Assembly: GCA_964391365.1 (NCBI GenBank)
Contig: CAYMKW010000003.1
Coordinates: 10,814 to 74,813 of the forward strand
DNA: 64,000 nucleotides
Direction of reading: 5' to 3'
From: an uncultured Microthrixaceae bacterium
Lineage (GTDB): Bacteria; Actinomycetota; Acidimicrobiia; Acidimicrobiales; Microtrichaceae
Shown here: positions 45,745 to 56,560 of the stretch, in pieces
How the letters are laid out: each line of letters begins with the position of its first letter
Position numbering within the stretch: position 1 is the stretch's first letter
The notes under the pieces: model-generated
What the model saw: only the letters and a program-made list of their open reading frames with translations
Databases searched by the model: none
What the model was told of the DNA's origin: nothing
Position numbers and translations under genes: made by a program

Positions 45745-46851
45745 GTGGCCGATCCAGCCGACCCGCCGAGCGGGACCGACGCCGCCGATCCCGGGGGGAC
45801 GTCGGTTCCGACGGTCACGGGGACCATCGACCGACGCAAGCAGGTCGTCGCGGGTCTGATCACGCTGGTCGTGCTGGTCGTGGTCTTCGTCGGGATCTTC
45901 CCGAAGTTCGCCAACTACGGCGACGCCTGGGCGTCCATCCAGAAGATGTCCATCGGCTCGCTCGTGGCGCTCGGTGCCGTCACGGTCGCGAACATCGTCA
46001 TCTACGTGTTCCCGTACATGGCGGCGCTGCCCGGAATCAGGTTCTGGGACGCGTTCGTGGTCCGTCAGACGTCCTTCATGATCTCGAACGCCGTCCCCGC
46101 CGGTGGTGCGTTCGGGCTGGCGGTCCAGTACGCCATGCTCAGCGGCTACGGGTTCGGGCCGGCCGAGGCATCCTCGGCCATCGCGGTCACGAGCATCTGG
46201 AACCTGCTCGTGACACTGGCGCTCCCGGCTCTCGGGTTGGCGGTGCTCGTCGTCGAGGGCGACGCGACCCGGAACCAGGTGCTCGGCGCCGTGGGCGGAC
46301 TCGTCGCGGTCTTCGCGATCGTCGGCGTGATGACGATCGTCCTCCGGAGTGAGTCCTGGGCCCGACGCCTCGGGGGGTGGGGTGACTCGATCATCCACCG
46401 CGTCCGGCCGTCCACGCCGCCGGACGTTGCAACCTCGGGCGTGGTCCGGTTCCGCGAGCAGACCTACGACGTGGTGGCGCAGCGGTGGGGGCGCCTCACC
46501 TTCACCAACTTCGCCCAGCAGTTCAGCCAGTTCTTCGTCCTGCTCGTGGCGATCTACGGGCTCGGCGGCACCAGCACCGGGGTGAACCCCGCCGAGATCT
46601 TCGCTGCGTTCGCAGTCGCCCGGTTGGCCGGGTTCATCCCGATCACCCCGGGGGGTCTGGGGACCGTCGACGCGGCGCTCGTCGCCCTCCTGTCCGCCTT
46701 CGGGATGAACCAGGACGAGGCGCTGGCCGCCGATCTCCTCTGGCGGGCCGCCACCTTCATCCCGCAGATCGTCATCGGGGTCATCACGTTCCTCGTCTGG
46801 CGGGTCCAGGCCGCTCGGCGATCATCGGGCCGCACCATCCCGAACCCCTGA
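45745..46851 (+). CDS. UPF0104 / lysylphosphatidylglycerol-synthase-TM-region-like (flippase-like) membrane protein
   Basis: It has multiple TM helices and the family end motif ARLAGFIPITPGGLGTVDAALVALL...LLWRAATFIPQIVIG. Confidence 0.75.
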   Translation: MADPADPPSGTDAADPGGTSVPTVTGTIDRRKQVVAGLITLVVLVVVFVGIFPKFANYGDAWASIQKMSIGSLVALGAVTVANIVIYVFPYMAALPGIRFWDAFVVRQTSFMISNAVPAGGAFGLAVQYAMLSGYGFGPAEASSAIAVTSIWNLLVTLALPALGLAVLVVEGDATRNQVLGAVGGLVAVFAIVGVMTIVLRSESWARRLGGWGDSIIHRVRPSTPPDVATSGVVRFREQTYDVVAQRWGRLTFTNFAQQFSQFFVLLVAIYGLGGTSTGVNPAEIFAAFAVARLAGFIPITPGGLGTVDAALVALLSAFGMNQDEALAADLLWRAATFIPQIVIGVITFLVWRVQAARRSSGRTIPNP

Positions 46852-46889
46852 GGCGAACTGCTCCTGAGGGCACCGCACCCGAGTGATGG

Positions 46890-47582
46890 TCAGTCGGTCG
46901 TCCCGAACGGCTCGACCCAGTCGGGCCCGGGAGATCCGCAGGCCGTGCGAAGGTCGGCCAGGTAGCGACGCCTCGGGACCTCCACGACCCCGAGCGATGC
47001 CAGGTGCGGGGTCAACCACTGGACGTCGAAGAGCGATCCCTCCGCCGACGCGACGATCCGGTCGGCTGCCACCACGGCGACCTTGGATGCGTCCCGGACG
47101 TGATGGAACATCGACTCGGCCGCGAAGAGCGACCCCACCGCGACGCCGTAGAGCCCACCGGCGAGCGCGCCGTCCTGCCAGACCTCGACGCTGTGGGCCC
47201 AACCCAGCCGGTGGAGCGCGGTGTAGGCGGCGACGATCCGCTCGTCGATCCAGCCGTGCGGCCGGGACGGGTCGCCACAGGCCCGGACGACATCCTCGAA
47301 CCTGCGGTCCGTGGTGACCTCGAAGCGACCGAGGACCCGGCGGAGGGATCGCGAGATGTGGACGCCCCCGGCCGGGAGCACCGCCCGGGGGTCTGGAGAG
47401 AACCAGGCCAGATCCCGGCGCCCGACCGGCATCGGGAACAGTCCGAGGCGGTAGGCCGCCAGGAGCGTTCCGGGCTCCAGATCGCCACCCAGGACGACCG
47501 GGCCGTCACCAGGGCCGTCACCCGGATTCGGGAACTCCCAGCGACTCGGGGGTGGTTCTGCCGGCGTGACGGGTGACCTCAG
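46890..47582 (-). CDS. aat: leucyl/phenylalanyl-tRNA--protein transferase (start codon unresolved, CTG 47582 proposed)
   Basis: VLGGDLEPGTLLAAYRLGLFPMP...WFSPDPRAVL...TTDRRFEDVVRACG...WIDERIVAAYTALHRLGWAHSVEVW...LAGGLYGVAVGSLFAAESMFH. No in-frame ATG/GTG/TTG lies within about 120 nt upstream of the conserved N-terminus. Confidence 0.75.
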   Translation of the reverse strand: MRSPVTPAEPPPSRWEFPNPGDGPGDGPVVLGGDLEPGTLLAAYRLGLFPMPVGRRDLAWFSPDPRAVLPAGGVHISRSLRRVLGRFEVTTDRRFEDVVRACGDPSRPHGWIDERIVAAYTALHRLGWAHSVEVWQDGALAGGLYGVAVGSLFAAESMFHHVRDASKVAVVAADRIVASAEGSLFDVQWLTPHLASLGVVEVPRRRYLADLRTACGSPGPDWVEPFGTTD

Positions 47583-48433
47583 CGCGAGTAGTCGTAGAAC
47601 CCGGCGCCGGACTTCCGCCCGAGCTGCCCGGCGGCGACCATCCGGCGGAGCACCGGCATGGCGGCGTAGTTCGGGTCGCGGAACTCGTCGTAGAGCGCAT
47701 CGAGGATGGCGACCGAGGTGTCGAGTCCCACCAGGTCGAGCAGGGCGAGCGGCCCCATGGGGAACCCGCAGCCGCCCTTCATGGCGGCGTCGATGTCCTC
47801 GGCGGTCGCCGTTCCGTTCTCGAGCATCCGCACGGCGTTGTTGAGGTACGGGAAGAGCAGGGCGTTGACGATGAAGCCGGCCCGGTCCTTGACCTCGACG
47901 GGCGACTTGCCGCAGGCCTCGGCGAAGGCCCGGCACGCGGCGATCGTCTCGTCCGATGCGGTCAGGGGGCGGACGATCTCGACCAGCGCCATGGCGGGAG
48001 CGGGGTTGAAGAAGTGCACACCGCAGACCCGGTCGGGCCGGTTGGTTGCGACGGCCATCTCGACCACGGGCAGGGTGGAGGTGTTCGTGGCGATGATGGT
48101 GTCCGGCCCGCAGATCCCGTCGAGCTCGGAGAACAGCGCCTGCTTGATCGCCAGGTCCTCGACGACCGACTCGATCACGAGGTCGCAGTCGGCGACGGCC
48201 GTGAGGTCGTCGGTGGCGCTCACGCGGGCCCGGACCTCGTCGGCGACGGCCTGCTCGAGCTTGCCCCGCTCCACCTGCTTCGCCAGCGACTTCTCGAGCG
48301 AGGCGAGCATGGCGTCGGCCGTCGCCTGCTGCCGCGACCGCAGCACGACGGTGTGGCCGGACTTGGCCGCCACCTCCGCGATGCCCGAGCCCATGATGCC
48401 GCTGCCGAGAATGCCCACACGTTCGATCGTCAT
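47579..48433 (-). CDS. 3-hydroxybutyryl-CoA / 3-hydroxyacyl-CoA dehydrogenase
   Basis: MTIERVGILGSGIMGSGIAEVAA is a Rossmann motif. Also seen are NTSTLPV, HFFNPAPAM and GFIVNALLFPYLN. Confidence 0.9.
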   Translation of the reverse strand: MTIERVGILGSGIMGSGIAEVAAKSGHTVVLRSRQQATADAMLASLEKSLAKQVERGKLEQAVADEVRARVSATDDLTAVADCDLVIESVVEDLAIKQALFSELDGICGPDTIIATNTSTLPVVEMAVATNRPDRVCGVHFFNPAPAMALVEIVRPLTASDETIAACRAFAEACGKSPVEVKDRAGFIVNALLFPYLNNAVRMLENGTATAEDIDAAMKGGCGFPMGPLALLDLVGLDTSVAILDALYDEFRDPNYAAMPVLRRMVAAGQLGRKSGAGFYDYSR

Positions 48434-48598
48434 GCGGGCGATGCTAGCGAGCGACCGGCTCGTGGCCCCAAGCCGCAGCCGGGACCGGGCCGGCCCGGCT
48501 ACCTGCGGCCCGGGATGGCTCGCTGCGCAACCGGCGTGTCAGGCTGTCGCCCGTCGGCCCACCGGTGGCGCCGGCATCGACGGAGGAGCGAGACGATC

Positions 48599-49282
48599 AT
48601 GTCTGGGACGCTGGCCCTGGTGGGCGGAGGCGAGTGGACCGAGGCGTGCACCTTCGACTCCGAGCTCCTGTCGGGGTGCGGCGACGTGCTGGTGATCCCC
48701 GCAGCGATGGCCTACGAGCGGCCCGAGGCCGCCGTCGAGCGGGCACGGGCCCACCTCGAGCCGCTCGACGTCCGGATCGATGTGCTCGACGTCTACCGTC
48801 GCGCGCAGGCCATGGAGCCCGAGGCGGCAGCGGCAGTGGCGGGGGCCTCGGCGGTCTACGTCTCGAGTGGCTCGCCCATGCACCTCCGGTCCGTGCTGAA
48901 GGACACGCCGTTGCTCGACGCGCTGGTGACGGCCTGGAGGGGCGGCACCGTGGTGGCGGTCGCGGGGGAGGCGACGTCGGTGCTGTGCACCCACATGGTG
49001 GACAGTCGCGGCGGGGCCTTCACGGTCGGTCTGGAACTGGTCACCACGGCGACCTTCGTGCCGCGCCGGGACCGTTGGTCGCCCGACAAGTTCCACCGGA
49101 CCGTGGAGCTGGCGCCGATCGACCTGCCCGTCGTCGGAATCGACGAGTCGACCGCCCTCGTCCACACGGGGCCGGGCGAGTGGAGCGTCTCGGGTGCCGG
49201 CGAGGTGCAGGTCTTCCTGGGAGGTCGGCGGGTCGGACTCGACGCCCTCCCCCGGGACCTGAACCCGGTGCTCGAGGTCTGA
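48599..49282 (+). CDS. peptidase S51 / cyanophycinase-like (class I glutamine-amidotransferase-like fold) protein
   Basis: The ATG at 48599 follows GGAGGAG. The protein reads LALVGGGEWTE...AVYVSSGSPMHLRSVL...AVAGEATSVLCTHM. The upstream 342 aa of the track ORF is antisense to the dehydrogenase gene. Confidence 0.55.
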   Translation: MSGTLALVGGGEWTEACTFDSELLSGCGDVLVIPAAMAYERPEAAVERARAHLEPLDVRIDVLDVYRRAQAMEPEAAAAVAGASAVYVSSGSPMHLRSVLKDTPLLDALVTAWRGGTVVAVAGEATSVLCTHMVDSRGGAFTVGLELVTTATFVPRRDRWSPDKFHRTVELAPIDLPVVGIDESTALVHTGPGEWSVSGAGEVQVFLGGRRVGLDALPRDLNPVLEV

Positions 49283-49297
49283 TCCCCGACCGCTGCC

Positions 49298-50170
49298 TCA
49301 GCCGGCCGGTGTCTGCGTGATCCGGACCGACTCGATGACGACCGGCTCGGTCGGCTCCTGGCTCGCGTTGCCGAGCGAGCCGATGAGGTCGATGACCTCA
49401 CGGCCTGCGACCACCTCGCCGAACCGGGTGTAGTTGGCCGGGTTCAGCTGCTGACCCCCGCCCGGCAGGACCACGAAGAACTGGCTGCCGTTCGTCGCCG
49501 GACCTGCGTTGGCCATGGCGAGCGAGTAGTCGGTGTAGGCCTCCGGGCCGCTGGGCAGTTCGTCACCGAAGCTGTACCCCAGCTCGTTGTTGCCCCAGGG
49601 CTCGCCGTCGCCGTCGCCACCCTGGATCACGAACCCGGGGACGATCCGGTGGAACGGCACGCCGTCGTAGAAGCGGTAGCGGCTGAGCACGACGAAGTTG
49701 TTGGTCGCGACGGGTGCTGCGGCGGGGTCGAGCTGCAGCGTGAACGAACCCTTGTTGGTGGTGACCTCGGCGGTGTAGGTGGCGGCAGGGTCGATGCAGG
49801 TGGGCGGCGGTCCCGCGAACTGCTGGACCCGCTTCTGGGAACCGTCCGCCGGGGGACACGGAGTCGGCTCCGTGAGCGTGACCCCCTCGGGCGGGGCCGG
49901 GAGGGCGGCGCCCTCCGCATCCGTGATCGTCGTGGTGGTGGTGTCCCCGGGCGCGGTGGTGGTCGTCGTCGATCCGTCGGCGCTCGGCGAACTCGAGTCC
50001 TGGACGAGGAGGGCGGCCACGCCGAGCAGGAGGGAGGCCGCCAGGACGATGCCGACGACCGTGATGACCCGCTGCTTGCGCTGCTGGCGGGTCAGGTGTG
50101 TCCGGGCCTGCTGGACGCGGGCGGTCCGGCCCTGTTTCTGGCGTGCGTGCTTCTCGGCGCTGGTACCCAC
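49298..50170 (-). CDS. membrane-anchored cyclophilin-type peptidyl-prolyl cis-trans isomerase
   Basis: An N-terminal TM helix (VITVVGIVLAASLLLGVAALLV) is followed by NNFVVLSRYRFYDGVPFHRIVPGFVIQGGD...GPATNGSQFFVV. Confidence 0.9.
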   Translation of the reverse strand: MGTSAEKHARQKQGRTARVQQARTHLTRQQRKQRVITVVGIVLAASLLLGVAALLVQDSSSPSADGSTTTTTAPGDTTTTTITDAEGAALPAPPEGVTLTEPTPCPPADGSQKRVQQFAGPPPTCIDPAATYTAEVTTNKGSFTLQLDPAAAPVATNNFVVLSRYRFYDGVPFHRIVPGFVIQGGDGDGEPWGNNELGYSFGDELPSGPEAYTDYSLAMANAGPATNGSQFFVVLPGGGQQLNPANYTRFGEVVAGREVIDLIGSLGNASQEPTEPVVIESVRITQTPAG

Positions 50171-50285
50171 GGGCGGTGAGCGTAGCGCCGGGTCGCTCCG
50201 GCCCGGCGTCGCTGTGGGGCCTCGAGCGAGCGGGTCCGGTGTTCGCCGTGGGGCCTCGCCGGGGCCGCCGTGTAGCGTTCGTTTC

Positions 50286-51509
50286 GTGGCGTTGCTGGTC
50301 CAGAAGTTCGGTGGGACGTCCGTCGCGGACGCGGAGCGGATCCGGGCGGTGGCCGACCAGGTGGCACGTTCCCGCCGTCGGGGCGATCAGGTCGTGCTCG
50401 TCGTCTCGGCCATGGGCAAGGAGACCGACGAGTTGCTCCGGCTCGCCGCCGAGGTCTCCGTCGAGCTCCCCGGTCGAGAGATGGACATGCTGGTCACCGC
50501 AGGGGAGCGCAAGGCCATCGCCCTGGTCGCCATGGCGATCGAGGCCGCCGGGATCCCCTCGGGCAGCTACACGGGGAGCCAGGCGGGGTTCGTGACCGAC
50601 ACCAACCACCGCAACGCCAAGATCCTCGAGGTCGGTGCCGCTCGGATCCGCGCTGCGCTCGACGAGGGGCGGGTTCCCGTGGTGGCCGGAGCGCAGGGCG
50701 TGTCGACCGACCACGACGTGACCTTCCTCGGCCGCGGTGGATCCGATACGACGGCCGTCGCGCTGGCGAAGGCGCTGGGTGCCGACGCCTGTGAGCTCTA
50801 CACCGACGTGTCCGGGGTCTTCACCACTGATCCCCGGGTGGTCAGCTCGGCCCGTCGGATGCACTCGATCACGTTCGACGAGATGCTCGAGATGACCGCG
50901 GCCGGGTGCCCCAAGCCCGCCATGCGGTCCGTGGAGTTCGCACACCGGCACGGCGTGCCCCTGCACGTCCGGTCCGCATTCACCTGGGAACCAGGCACCT
51001 GGGTCGTCGAGGAGAGTCCAGACATGGAAGCAGCCCTGATCCGTTCGGTCGTCGCCGATTCGTCGGAGGCGAAGGTCACCGTCTCCGGCGTGCCCGATCA
51101 GCCCGGTGTGGCCGCCCGGTTGTTCCGGGAGCTCGCCGATGCGGACGTGAACGTCGACATGATCGTCCAGAACGTCTCGGCGGCCGGGGTCACCGACATC
51201 TCGTTCACCGTCCCCCACACGGACCTGTCCCGCGCCGTTCAGGTCTGCGAGTCCCAGCGGGACTCGACCGGCCCGACGTCGGTCGTCGCCGACCAGCGCA
51301 TCGCCAAGGTGTCGGTGGTGGGTGCCGGGATGAAATCGAACCCGGGCGTGGCCGCAACGATGTTCGAGGTCCTGGCGTCGAACGGGATCAACATCGAGAT
51401 GATCTCGACCTCGGCGATCCGTATCTCGTGCGTGATCGCCGAGGACGCCGTCGATCGGGCGGTGCAGGTGCTGCACGACGCCTTCGAGCTCGACCGCACC
51501 ACCTTCTGA
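50286..51509 (+). CDS. ask: aspartate kinase
   Basis: The GTG at 50286 gives VALLVQKFGGTSVADAERIRAVADQV...VVLVVSAMGKETDELL. C-terminal ACT domains follow. An internal in-frame ATG at 51024 lies after GAGGAGAG. Confidence 0.93.
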   Translation: MALLVQKFGGTSVADAERIRAVADQVARSRRRGDQVVLVVSAMGKETDELLRLAAEVSVELPGREMDMLVTAGERKAIALVAMAIEAAGIPSGSYTGSQAGFVTDTNHRNAKILEVGAARIRAALDEGRVPVVAGAQGVSTDHDVTFLGRGGSDTTAVALAKALGADACELYTDVSGVFTTDPRVVSSARRMHSITFDEMLEMTAAGCPKPAMRSVEFAHRHGVPLHVRSAFTWEPGTWVVEESPDMEAALIRSVVADSSEAKVTVSGVPDQPGVAARLFRELADADVNVDMIVQNVSAAGVTDISFTVPHTDLSRAVQVCESQRDSTGPTSVVADQRIAKVSVVGAGMKSNPGVAATMFEVLASNGINIEMISTSAIRISCVIAEDAVDRAVQVLHDAFELDRTTF

Positions 51510-51570
51510 CCCTTCCCCCACCCGTTCCCAGCTCTGTGGTGCGTGCGGCCGGACCGGGGCGTGTGGCCTG

Positions 51571-53883
<2,313 letters not shown>

Positions 53884-53945
53884 TCGTCGGGCCGGTCCGT
53901 CAGCGGGTCCAGGGCCACGAGACCTCGACCACCGCGGCTGTTCCG

Positions 53946-54218
53946 TCAGGTCGGTGGGTCGTCCACATAGCGCCGGGCGGCGTCCTCGAGCGACAGACCC
54001 AGTTGGTTGGCGAGCGAGGCGAGCCAGGCGAGCACGTCGCCGAGCTCGTGGAGTTGGTCCGCCCGGGTTCCCTTGCGCACGGCCTGGGCGAGTTCGCCGG
54101 TCTCCTCGCACAACCAGGCGATGGTCGACGGGATGCCCCGGGACCGGTCCGCCTCGCCGTAGAGGTCGTCCATCAACTGCTGGAAGTCGGCGATCTCCAC
54201 GCCCGCAGCCTCGCACAC
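53946..54218 (-). CDS. MazG-like nucleotide pyrophosphohydrolase domain protein
   Basis: 90 aa: FQQLMDDLYGEADRSRGIPSTIAWLCEETGELAQAVRKG...ELGDVLAWLASLANQLGLSLEDA. Confidence 0.7.
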   Translation of the reverse strand: MCEAAGVEIADFQQLMDDLYGEADRSRGIPSTIAWLCEETGELAQAVRKGTRADQLHELGDVLAWLASLANQLGLSLEDAARRYVDDPPT

Positions 54219-54234
54219 CCCTCCGGCGGGGGCG

Positions 54235-54762
54235 TCACTTCATGAACTCCTGGACGGTGAAGACCGTGCGGTAGCCGCCGCAGTTCCCCCACACGGCGGC
54301 GGTGCCGATCTGGGTGAAGAACGGGTCGAGGATGTTGGCCCGGTGCGAAGGCGAGCGGAGGTAGGCATCGTGGATCTGCGGGATCGTCCCGCCCTTGCCG
54401 ACGTTCTCGCCGAGTTTCCTCCACCCCGGGGGTGCGCCGTCGGCGAGCCGCGAGTGCTTGAGGGCGCAGATGCCCCGGAGGTACTGCGCCCAGAGGTCGG
54501 CCTTGAGGTCGAGGATGGGGTTGGGTGCGAGCTGGCCCAGTCGGTTCTGGGCCCGGCTCACGTTGACCAGGTCACGCACCGCGGCCCGGTCGCCTGGGGT
54601 GCTCTCCATGAGGGCAGCGGTCGTGGCCGCCGGGGTGGTGCAGGCAACGACCGCCCCGCTCAGCAGGCCCACACCGATCGACGTGGCCAGGACGGCGAAC
54701 CACCGACGGACACGTCCCACGGCGGTCGTCGCCTCGGTCGGGGGTGCGGGGTCACAGGTCAC
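54235..54762 (-). CDS. CAP/SCP-domain (YkwD-like) secreted protein
   Basis: An N-terminal hydrophobic segment is followed by VNVSRAQNRLGQLAPNPILDLKADLWAQYL...GENVG...IHDAYLRSPSHRANILDPFFTQIGTA. Confidence 0.75.
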   Translation of the reverse strand: MTCDPAPPTEATTAVGRVRRWFAVLATSIGVGLLSGAVVACTTPAATTAALMESTPGDRAAVRDLVNVSRAQNRLGQLAPNPILDLKADLWAQYLRGICALKHSRLADGAPPGWRKLGENVGKGGTIPQIHDAYLRSPSHRANILDPFFTQIGTAAVWGNCGGYRTVFTVQEFMK

Positions 54763-54906
54763 GGTTCGGTATCGGGCGAGGGCGGCCCCCGCTTGATCAG
54801 TCTGGCGGGACGGTCGGCGTGTTCCTCGTCACGTCGGCGATCCGATTGCTGGGGCCGAGCGGAGTTCGGCTCCCGGCCCTGGTCGGGGCCGGGAGCCGGC
54901 TGGTGG

Positions 54907-54980
54907 TCGGGTGGGGGAGATTTGAACTCCCGGCCTCCTCGTCCCGAACGAGGCGCGCTGCCAAACTGCGCCACCACCCG
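54907..54980 (-). tRNA. tRNA-Pro (anticodon CGG); genomically encoded CCA extends to 54904
   Basis: The reverse complement is CGGGTGGTGGCGCAGTTTGGCAGCGCGCCTCGTTCGGGACGAGGAGGCCGGGAGTTCAAATCTCCCCCACCCGA, followed by CCA. It folds as a canonical cloverleaf with anticodon loop TTCGGGA. Confidence 0.92.
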
Positions 54981-55028
54981 TGGGCGGGTCATCGTAACCG
55001 CCGGACGTCGGCGGTGGTAGCGGAGCCC

Positions 55029-55412
55029 TCAGGCGTCGACGGGGCGATCGCCGAGGACGGCGGCCACGACGTCCTGGAGGCGGAGCGCGTCCAGCGGCTT
55101 CACGAGCCGGGCGTCGGCCCCGCTCTGCTCGGCGAGGAGCGAGTCGGCCGCCCGGTCGAGGAGCAGCACGATCCGCTGCGGCGGGATCCGACCGGCACCC
55201 GACTCCAGCCGGAGGTGACGGCAGGCCGCCAGTCCGCCCATGTTGCCGATCTGCATGTCGAGGATGACCAGATCCGGATCCACGGCCCGGACGGCACCGA
55301 TCACGTCGTGGCCGGCGGTGACCTGGGCCAGCCGGGTCCCGTCGTCGACGAGGGCGGCGTCGATCTCGGCGGCGATGGCGTCGTCGTCGCAGGCGAGCAG
55401 GATGGTCCTCAC
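55029..55412 (-). CDS. stand-alone response-regulator receiver domain (CheY-like, no output domain)
   Basis: 127 aa. The acidic pocket is LLACDDD, the phospho-acceptor context is DLVILDMQIGNMGG, and the conserved Lys context is RLVKPLD. It starts 11 nt after the upstream ATPase stop. Confidence 0.8.
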   Translation of the reverse strand: MRTILLACDDDAIAAEIDAALVDDGTRLAQVTAGHDVIGAVRAVDPDLVILDMQIGNMGGLAACRHLRLESGAGRIPPQRIVLLLDRAADSLLAEQSGADARLVKPLDALRLQDVVAAVLGDRPVDA

Positions 55413-55423
55413 GGCGCCCGAGG

Positions 55424-56560
55424 CTAGCGGGGCGCCCGCCCGGTGCCGACATCGGCGGCCGGGGCGAACAGCAGGTCGGCGAGGTGGCCGAGCGCGGTCA
55501 GGTCCGTGACCTCGACCGGTTGGATGGGGACGCGCACCACGGGAGCGGGAGCGACCCGCTCGGCCAGGCCGGCCAGGTGGAGCTCCTCGGCCGCGGCCAG
55601 CTGTCGGGCGTCGGCGAGGCAGGTGTACAGGTCGCCCAGGTTGGTCCCGGCGAGCGTCTCGGCCCGGGCCCGCACGGCGGTCCCCGAGAGTTCGGCCCGG
55701 TCGGTGGCGAACTCGAACGAGGGCTGCATGCGGTTCACCACCAGCCCCCTCACGTCGATGCCGAGTTCGCCCAGCCGGTCCGCGAAGAACCCGGCCTCGG
55801 CGACGGTGTCGGCCTTCGGCGACGCCACGAGGACGAACGAGGTGTCCGCCTCCCGCAGCAGCGAGTCGACCCGCTCGGCGCGTCGGGCGAACCCCTCCTC
55901 CATGCCCTCGAACGCCTGGAAGAACGAGATGGCATCGCTGATGACGTCGGCACCCACCACCTTGGCCAGTGAGCGGGTGACGGCGGCGGCCGCCAGGTTG
56001 ACGGCTCGGATCGGCCCGCGGGACGGGCTGACCAGCACCTTGTAGATCCGGTGGTCGAGGAACCGGGCGAGTCGTTGGGGGGCATCGATGAAGTCGAGCG
56101 CGTTGCGTGTCGGCGGGGTGTCGACGACGACGAGGTCGTAATCCCCCTCTACCGCCAGCTCGTAGAGCTTCTCCGACGCCATGTACTCCTGGGTGCCGGA
56201 CAGCGACCCCGAGATGTTCTCGTAGAACGTGTTCGACAGGATCTCCCGCGCCTGGTCCTCGTCGGCGGCGTAGCGTCGGACCAGCCCGTCGAAGGTGGAC
56301 TTGGTGTCCAGCATGAGGGCGTGCATCTCGCCGTCCCAGTCACCGGAGATGGTCGAGGCCGTGTCGCTGAGCCCCTCCAGCCCGAGGGCGTTCGCCAGTC
56401 GTCTCGCCGGGTCGATCGTGACGACCACGGAGCGCCGACCACGCCTTGCGGCCTCCATGGCGATGACGGCGGCCGTCGTGGTCTTGCCGACACCACCGGA
56501 GCCGCAGCACACCACGACCCGGCTCGCGTCGACGACGTTGCCGAGCTCCGTTCCGCTCAT
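55424..56560 (-). CDS. ArsA/Get3-family P-loop ATPase (Rv3679/Rv3680-like pair, member 2)
   Basis: VVVCCGSGGVGKTTTAAVIAMEAARRGRRSVVVTIDPARRLANALGL and DLVVVDTPPTRNALDF are present. Confidence 0.85.
   Translation of the reverse strand: MSGTELGNVVDASRVVVCCGSGGVGKTTTAAVIAMEAARRGRRSVVVTIDPARRLANALGLEGLSDTASTISGDWDGEMHALMLDTKSTFDGLVRRYAADEDQAREILSNTFYENISGSLSGTQEYMASEKLYELAVEGDYDLVVVDTPPTRNALDFIDAPQRLARFLDHRIYKVLVSPSRGPIRAVNLAAAAVTRSLAKVVGADVISDAISFFQAFEGMEEGFARRAERVDSLLREADTSFVLVASPKADTVAEAGFFADRLGELGIDVRGLVVNRMQPSFEFATDRAELSGTAVRARAETLAGTNLGDLYTCLADARQLAAAEELHLAGLAERVAPAPVVRVPIQPVEVTDLTALGHLADLLFAPAADVGTGRAPR

Noticed and set aside
50171-50285. Possible riboswitch or leader upstream of ask
   Set aside because: I could not recognise any known riboswitch core (for example the lysine L-box) or a convincing conserved structure by eye. 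This would need an Rfam scan.
54759-54992. 77-aa minus-strand ORF
   Set aside because: It is entirely explained by tRNA-Pro (54907..54980) and its flanks.
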